A stretch of DNA of 64,000 bases from Nitrosopumilaceae archaeon (GTDB lineage: Archaea; Thermoproteota; Nitrososphaeria; Nitrososphaerales; Nitrosopumilaceae), in contig CBDCCK010000002.1 in the NCBI GenBank assembly GCA_965214835.1, positions 1,184,001 through 1,248,000 of the forward strand, read 5' to 3'. Positions 58,954 through 64,000 of the stretch are shown here, one piece after another. Both the position numbers and the translations under genes were made by a program. The notes under the pieces were generated by a model that was not told the origin of the DNA, ran no database searches, and worked only from the letters and a program-made list of their open reading frames with translations. Each line of letters starts with the position of its first letter. Within the stretch, counting starts at the first letter, position 1.

Positions 58954-60084
58954 TCAATCCCTCCTCGGGATCTCGGCGCGCGGGCCGCCAAAGCTGTATG
59001 TGTTTCCGGTACCACGATAGTCGTGCGGCCTTACGGGGTCGCCGCCGTCAAGGCCCCTCTTTGTCAGCGACAGTCCTGCAAGCAGCTCCACGACCAGCCT
59101 CTGTCCGAGTCCAGAGGTTATGCCCCCGTTGTACGAGCTAGAGTCGCTGACATCATATGCGGGTGCAATCTCCACCAGATCCATTGCAAACCTGTCCGGA
59201 TCAAACGACTTTGAGAGCAGGCGTATCATCCTGATCCCCTCCCTTGAGGTGAGCCCGTTGGGCTCAGGCTCCCCGGTTCCCGGCGCGTATGCCGGATCAA
59301 AGGAGTCGATGTCCCAGCTGAGGTATACTGCGTCGGTGCCGTCGTTTGCCCTGTCGGCTATCTCCTTTGCGATATAGTCTATCCCAAGCTCCTCGACGTC
59401 TAGCATCGTAAACCATTGGAAGTCCTGGTCGGCCATCCACTTGTACAGGTCGGGGCCGGGCCAGTATCCCCGGGGGCCCACAAGCGAGTAGTTCCTGCCC
59501 TTGAGGCATCCGATCTCCATTATCCTCCTGATGTGCGCCCCGTGGTCGTACTTGAATCCCGTCAGCCCCTGCGGGGCGCAGTCGGCATGGGTGTCAAAGT
59601 GAATCATGCCTATGTTCTTGAACTTTTTGGCAAAGGCCCGCACGTTTGCATACGTAATGGAGTGATCCCCGCCGAGCATGACAGGTATGCCGTCTGCCTC
59701 TAGGACCTCCTTTACCTTCAGGGTCATCCGCTTGTGCGACTCTACGACGTCGCCGGGCGAGACGACCACGTCGCCATAGTCTACGGTCCGGAAGGTTCCA
59801 AACGGGTCTGCACCGGTCTCTATGTTGAAGCGCTCGTAGGGGGGCGAGGGGATAGTGGAGGCTGCGCGTATGGCCCTTGGCCCGTACCTTGCCCCGGGCC
59901 TGATGGTGGTGCCAAAGTCAAACGGCTCGCCTATGATTGCAACGTCGGGCTTTGCCTCAAGCAGCTCCTTGTGCGTCTTTACCCAGGGCAGGTGCAAAAA
60001 CGTGTTGATTCCAACAAAGGGGGCAACGTCTGCACCCTTGTAGTCATCACCGTAAAACTCCATGCCCATGTGAATCAGATCCAA
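58954..60084 (-). CDS. Ureohydrolase (agmatinase/guanidino-acid hydrolase family)
   Basis: RPGARYGP, GGDHS, DTHAD, WDIDSFDP..APGTGEPE, DLVE; likely ATG start at 60069. Confidence 0.92.
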   Translation of the reverse strand: MDLIHMGMEFYGDDYKGADVAPFVGINTFLHLPWVKTHKELLEAKPDVAIIGEPFDFGTTIRPGARYGPRAIRAASTIPSPPYERFNIETGADPFGTFRTVDYGDVVVSPGDVVESHKRMTLKVKEVLEADGIPVMLGGDHSITYANVRAFAKKFKNIGMIHFDTHADCAPQGLTGFKYDHGAHIRRIMEIGCLKGRNYSLVGPRGYWPGPDLYKWMADQDFQWFTMLDVEELGIDYIAKEIADRANDGTDAVYLSWDIDSFDPAYAPGTGEPEPNGLTSREGIRMIRLLSKSFDPDRFAMDLVEIAPAYDVSDSSSYNGGITSGLGQRLVVELLAGLSLTKRGLDGGDPVRPHDYRGTGNTYSFGGPRAEIPRRD

Positions 60085-60209
60085 TACATGGCGTTAGTAA
60101 TTAAAGATTACAAGTAAAGTACGAATCGGCCTTCCTCATAACCTGCAACGGCTGCAAAATACAAAAAACGCGCCATGTGTAATGTACGATTCAACTATAA
60201 AAATAATAC

Positions 60210-61499
60210 ATGGGAATCATTTCTGTGGCCAAAAAAAGCGCCGGACAATTTTTGGAGGAGGCCATGGCGGCAATACACTACGGCCAGTACAAAAAGGCAA
60301 TCTCAAGGCTCAACAGAGCACTCTCCCTTGATCCCACCAACATGACGGCGCGGCTTTACAGAGGCACGGTACTGTGCCGGATCAAGGACTACAAAAGCGC
60401 GATATCATGCTTTGATGACATCATATCTGCCGATCCCAAAAACGCAGACGCCTGGCACCACAGGGGACGGGCGCTTGAGGGAATGCGGAGATACGGGGAG
60501 GCAATGCCGTGCTTTGAAAAGGCCCTGGAGATCGATGCAGTACACCCGGACTCGGCCACATCTGCTGCCATGTGCCTGAGCAGGCTGGGCCGCAACGAGG
60601 AGGCACTTGTGGCAATAGATGTGGTTCTGTCGGGCCGCCCAAACGACGCGGCGGCGCTACACGGCAAGGGCCTGATCCTTGGCAGGCTGAAAAGGACGCC
60701 TGAGGCAGTCGGGTTCATAAACAGGGCAGCGGAGGCAGACGCAAGAGAGTCCGACAGGCTGTACGAGGAGGGCCAAAGGCTCACAAGGCAGGGAAGGCAC
60801 GAGGAGGCAGTCAGGCTCTACACCAGGGCTCTGGAAAGGAACAACAAGAACACCCGGGCACTTGTGGCCAAGGGGTGGTGCTTTGACTTTGCCGGGTTCC
60901 CAAACAGGGACATCTTTGAGTTCTACGACAGAGCCATACGGATAGATCCCAGGTGCACCGAGGCGCTGATAAACAAGGGACTGGCGCTGGACAAGACCGG
61001 ACTGTACAAAAAGGCCATACGGTGCTTTGAGAGAGTCCTGGAGTACGACCCAGAAAACGTCAGGGCGACATACAGCAAGGGCGTCTCACTGTTCTCACTC
61101 AAGCAGCCGGGGGCGGCAATGTTCTACTGCCGGCGCGCCCTGGAGATCGAGCCAGAAAACACCATGGCACTGTGCAGCATGGTGTGGCTCCTGGAGCACT
61201 CCAAGCGGCATGCCGAGGCGCTTGAATACTGCGAGAGGGCCCTGAGTGTCAGCCCAGATTACGTGTATGCGATAAGCTACAAGGCAAAACTGCTCCTGGC
61301 GCTGGAAAGATACGAGGAGTCCATAAGATGGTACGACAGGGCCCTCGGCCTTGACCCGGACAACCAGACTGCCATGTACCACAGAAACATGGCCGCTGCA
61401 AAGCTTGACCGGGTGAAGAGGGGCCCGGTACTGGAGGGCCTGACGAGATTCCTGCGGTTGGGCATCCCCCGCAGGGGGCAGGGCAGCGCGCCGGCTTGA
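60210..61499 (+). CDS. Tetratricopeptide repeat protein
   Basis: ~11 TPR units (W..KG..L..L..Y.EA..F..AL..DP). Confidence 0.9.
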   Translation: MGIISVAKKSAGQFLEEAMAAIHYGQYKKAISRLNRALSLDPTNMTARLYRGTVLCRIKDYKSAISCFDDIISADPKNADAWHHRGRALEGMRRYGEAMPCFEKALEIDAVHPDSATSAAMCLSRLGRNEEALVAIDVVLSGRPNDAAALHGKGLILGRLKRTPEAVGFINRAAEADARESDRLYEEGQRLTRQGRHEEAVRLYTRALERNNKNTRALVAKGWCFDFAGFPNRDIFEFYDRAIRIDPRCTEALINKGLALDKTGLYKKAIRCFERVLEYDPENVRATYSKGVSLFSLKQPGAAMFYCRRALEIEPENTMALCSMVWLLEHSKRHAEALEYCERALSVSPDYVYAISYKAKLLLALERYEESIRWYDRALGLDPDNQTAMYHRNMAAAKLDRVKRGPVLEGLTRFLRLGIPRRGQGSAPA

Positions 61500-61530
61500 A
61501 TATTTTTATATCTGTTTTGGGATATGATAC

Positions 61531-61782
61531 GTGTTGTCAGTCAGTACGCCGGAGGACATCGAGAGGGAGTCAAGGAGGGCCATTGCGGCCCTGTACGGAA
61601 GCGTCAACGACTTTAGGGTCAACGAGACGTTTCAGATTCCCGAAAAGGGACCCAGGCAGGCATGGGATGTCCAGGTCAACTTTATGCTGGACTCGCTAAA
61701 GTACACCGTCGACCTTGAGATACAGGAGGAGACGGGACACATAACCAACGCCAGGCTGATTGATACGATGACCCCGCTCTGA
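61531..61782 (+). CDS. Small conserved hypothetical protein
   Basis: 83-aa ORF, TATA-like TTTTTATA upstream. Confidence 0.7.
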   Translation: MLSVSTPEDIERESRRAIAALYGSVNDFRVNETFQIPEKGPRQAWDVQVNFMLDSLKYTVDLEIQEETGHITNARLIDTMTPL

Positions 61783-61794
61783 CAGCTTTTGCGC

Positions 61795-62316
61795 TTACAG
61801 CGTCAGAATCTCCTTGGCCGTCTTTATCTTGGTGAACAGGTTGTTGATGTAGGTGTCAGCAAAGCGCTCAAAGCTTGGAACCCCGTGGAAGGTCTTGAGG
61901 TTGCTTTTCTGCTTCTGGTACTCCTCCTGGAGCCACGCAAAGTCCGACTCTTTGAGGTTGATGATGTGGTTCTGGGCATTGAGCTTGGACTCTAGAAGGT
62001 TGACGATAAAGTAGCTGACAAACCTTGTAAAGCACTTTATGCGGTATTTTTTTTCGTACTCTGCACCAAGCCTCTGGTGGTTCTCTGACAGCCAGGACTG
62101 CACGTCGGACCGTATCGTGATGGTGTTATAGTGGCCCGACAGGTCCAGCCTTATGTTGTGCAGCTCGATGGAATAGTACCCCTTCTTGACCTCGTTCATC
62201 ATTATGATAAGCGTGCTGGGCAGAAACATCCCGGGATAGTTCCTGTCGGTGACGTCCTGCAGCTTTTTGATTATAGCGGGCTTTAGACCGACCGTAGAGT
62301 ATCCCTTGCCTGGCAC
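61795..62316 (-). CDS. Conserved hypothetical protein
   Basis: MPGKGYSTVGLK; 173 aa. Confidence 0.75.
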   Translation of the reverse strand: MPGKGYSTVGLKPAIIKKLQDVTDRNYPGMFLPSTLIIMMNEVKKGYYSIELHNIRLDLSGHYNTITIRSDVQSWLSENHQRLGAEYEKKYRIKCFTRFVSYFIVNLLESKLNAQNHIINLKESDFAWLQEEYQKQKSNLKTFHGVPSFERFADTYINNLFTKIKTAKEILTL

Positions 62317-62888
62317 ACATAAAGGATGGACTTGATGCTTATAATATTTTCAGAGGCGATCCGGACTATTTCTTAAACTCCTTTACCAGCCTGGCTACCA
62401 CCCATACCGAACCCATGATCATGCATCCCATGCCGAGGCCGATGTAAAACGAGTCCTGATCCCCGGACTGGCTGAGTCCGACGCCGAGTATGATCAGGAT
62501 TACCGCAAACGCATATTGCTTGTCCACGGCCTGTATAGGGATTCCTGGATAGATAAGGTTTTGATGCCGTCACATGGGGGGATGCGCCTGCCGGCCCGGT
62601 ACCCTCCGTACCGGTATGCTGTGACCACATCTGCCATGCCATCAAAAACCCCATTTGGTAGGCGGCCCGGCATCCTCTGTACCGAGGCGCTGCGGTCACG
62701 GGATGAAAAAACCCTAGTCGCCTTGCAGGATCATGGCGGTACCCCGATTCCACCGGCAACCTCGTTTTATCTGCAAAATTTACATGAAATACTTGGTTAA
62801 ATGTACTATACGTACAAATTTTTGTTCATAAAACGTATTTTACCTGTTTTTTTCAATATTTATATAATTTTTTTAGGCTAGGAGATCG

Positions 62889-64000
62889 ATGGTGGAGATG
62901 GACGGCTTTGGCATTGCGGTTGCAGCGTTTATCGTCATTACGCTTGCAGTCGGAGTCTTTGCAGGCAAGCTGGTCAGAAACAGCGGAAAGCGCCTGATAG
63001 TTGCCGGAAAGAGCCTGCCGCTTGCCATGGTCGGCACCATGCTTGCCGCGCAGGCAGTAGACGGAAACTCGTCGCTTGGCAACGTGGCACTGGTCTTTGA
63101 GTTCGGGTTCTGGGCAGGGGCCGTCATTCCAATAGGCCTGGGCTCGTGCCTGCTGATTACTGCGGCATTTTACGCCAAGCCGCTAAACAAGATGACCATG
63201 ATTACACTGCCTGACTTTTACTTTAGAAGATTTGGAAACGGGGCCGAGGGGATATCTGGAAGCCTCATGATAATCAGCTTTTTGGTGCTCGTTGCAGGCA
63301 ACCTTGCCGCAAGCGGCTTTATCCTAGAGGTGGTCTTTGGAATAGACTATTTCTGGGGCATACTCATCTCCGCGCTGGTCGTAGTGGCGTATACCATAGC
63401 AGGCGGGCTGTTTGCATCGGCGTACACGAACCTGTTCCAGGTGTACCTTGCGATAGGGTCGTTCTGGGCCGGATTCCTGTTCTTTGCAGGCGGCTTTTCG
63501 GACGTCCCGTGGGACGTCATATACAACAACGCGCCGCCGGAGTTCCTGGATCTATCGGGGTTGTTTGATGTTGCCAACGGAGCACTGATCAACTGGGGCG
63601 CAATCTTTGCGCTTGGACTTGGCGACATCATCGCCCTTGACTTTATGGAGAGGGTGTTTTCTGCCAACAGCCCAAAGACCGCAAGAAGGGGGGCGCTGAT
63701 GGGCGGCGCGCTCACGCTGTTTACCGTGGTTCCCACCAGCATGCTGGGGATAGTGGCCTTTTACTACCTTCCAGGCGACACCATGCCTGATCTGGCGCTA
63801 CCGCTGCTGTCAACGGAGTTTATGCCCTTTGCGATAGGGGCTGCCATACTGATGGGGGTGATAGGGGCCTCGATGTCCACTGCAAGCGGGGGGCTCCTGG
63901 CCATATCAAGTGTCATCTCAAGAAACATGATGCAGCGAATAATCAGACGGCGGTGGATGGGAAAGCCGAGCTGGAGCGACAGCAGGCTGCTGGTTATGAC
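62889..64000 (+). CDS. Sodium:solute symporter (SSS/SLC5) family, runs off the window end
   Basis: Absent from the ORF track (no stop in window); reads MVEMDGFG..VAGKSLPL..AQAVDGNSSLGN..TLPDFYFRRFG..YTIAGGL..GASMSTASG. Confidence 0.88.
   Translation, partial: MVEMDGFGIAVAAFIVITLAVGVFAGKLVRNSGKRLIVAGKSLPLAMVGTMLAAQAVDGNSSLGNVALVFEFGFWAGAVIPIGLGSCLLITAAFYAKPLNKMTMITLPDFYFRRFGNGAEGISGSLMIISFLVLVAGNLAASGFILEVVFGIDYFWGILISALVVVAYTIAGGLFASAYTNLFQVYLAIGSFWAGFLFFAGGFSDVPWDVIYNNAPPEFLDLSGLFDVANGALINWGAIFALGLGDIIALDFMERVFSANSPKTARRGALMGGALTLFTVVPTSMLGIVAFYYLPGDTMPDLALPLLSTEFMPFAIGAAILMGVIGASMSTASGGLLAISSVISRNMMQRIIRRRWMGKPSWSDSRLLVM

Noticed and set aside
60085-60209. Guanidine riboswitch upstream of the ureohydrolase
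   Set aside because: The leader is short and AT-rich with a TATA ~35 bp from the start; no twin ACGR hairpins or ykkC-like consensus visible.
62373-62800. ORFs or structured RNA upstream of the SSS transporter
   Set aside because: No recognisable protein motifs or convincing structure; likely degraded sequence ahead of an AT-rich promoter.

Overview
Archaeal chromosomal segment, most likely from an ammonia-oxidising archaeon of the Nitrosopumilaceae (Nitrososphaerota/Thaumarchaeota). Support: the thaumarchaeal heme-copper oxidase cluster (split coxB, coxA, double cupredoxin, heme A synthase), an ADP-forming 4-hydroxybutyrate-CoA ligase of the 3HP/4HB cycle, F420-linked genes and three intron-less tRNAs (Arg-TCG, Lys-CTT, Val-TAC). 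The core genes are interrupted by a very dense mobilome: two single-ORF IS66 elements with 9-bp TSDs, an IS3 nested in an IS481, an intact IS630, IS5/IS6/ISH3/IS481 remnants and at least five families of short non-autonomous MITE-like elements. Several low-GC accessory cassettes and pseudogenes are also present. This pattern suggests a host-associated (e.g. sponge) lineage, which is inference. Most interesting candidates: (1) a bacterial-type ureohydrolase co-oriented with a His-rich Ni/Co permease and near an SSS transporter, possibly giving an AOA ammonia/urea from guanidino compounds; (2) two low-GC cassettes sharing an unnamed internally duplicated protein, one as third gene of a HicB-HicA operon; (3) two different HNH nucleases sharing one unnamed winged-helix-like N-terminal module; (4) MITE ends that appear to supply promoters to genes. 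All calls come from reading the sequence by eye; no database searches were run.
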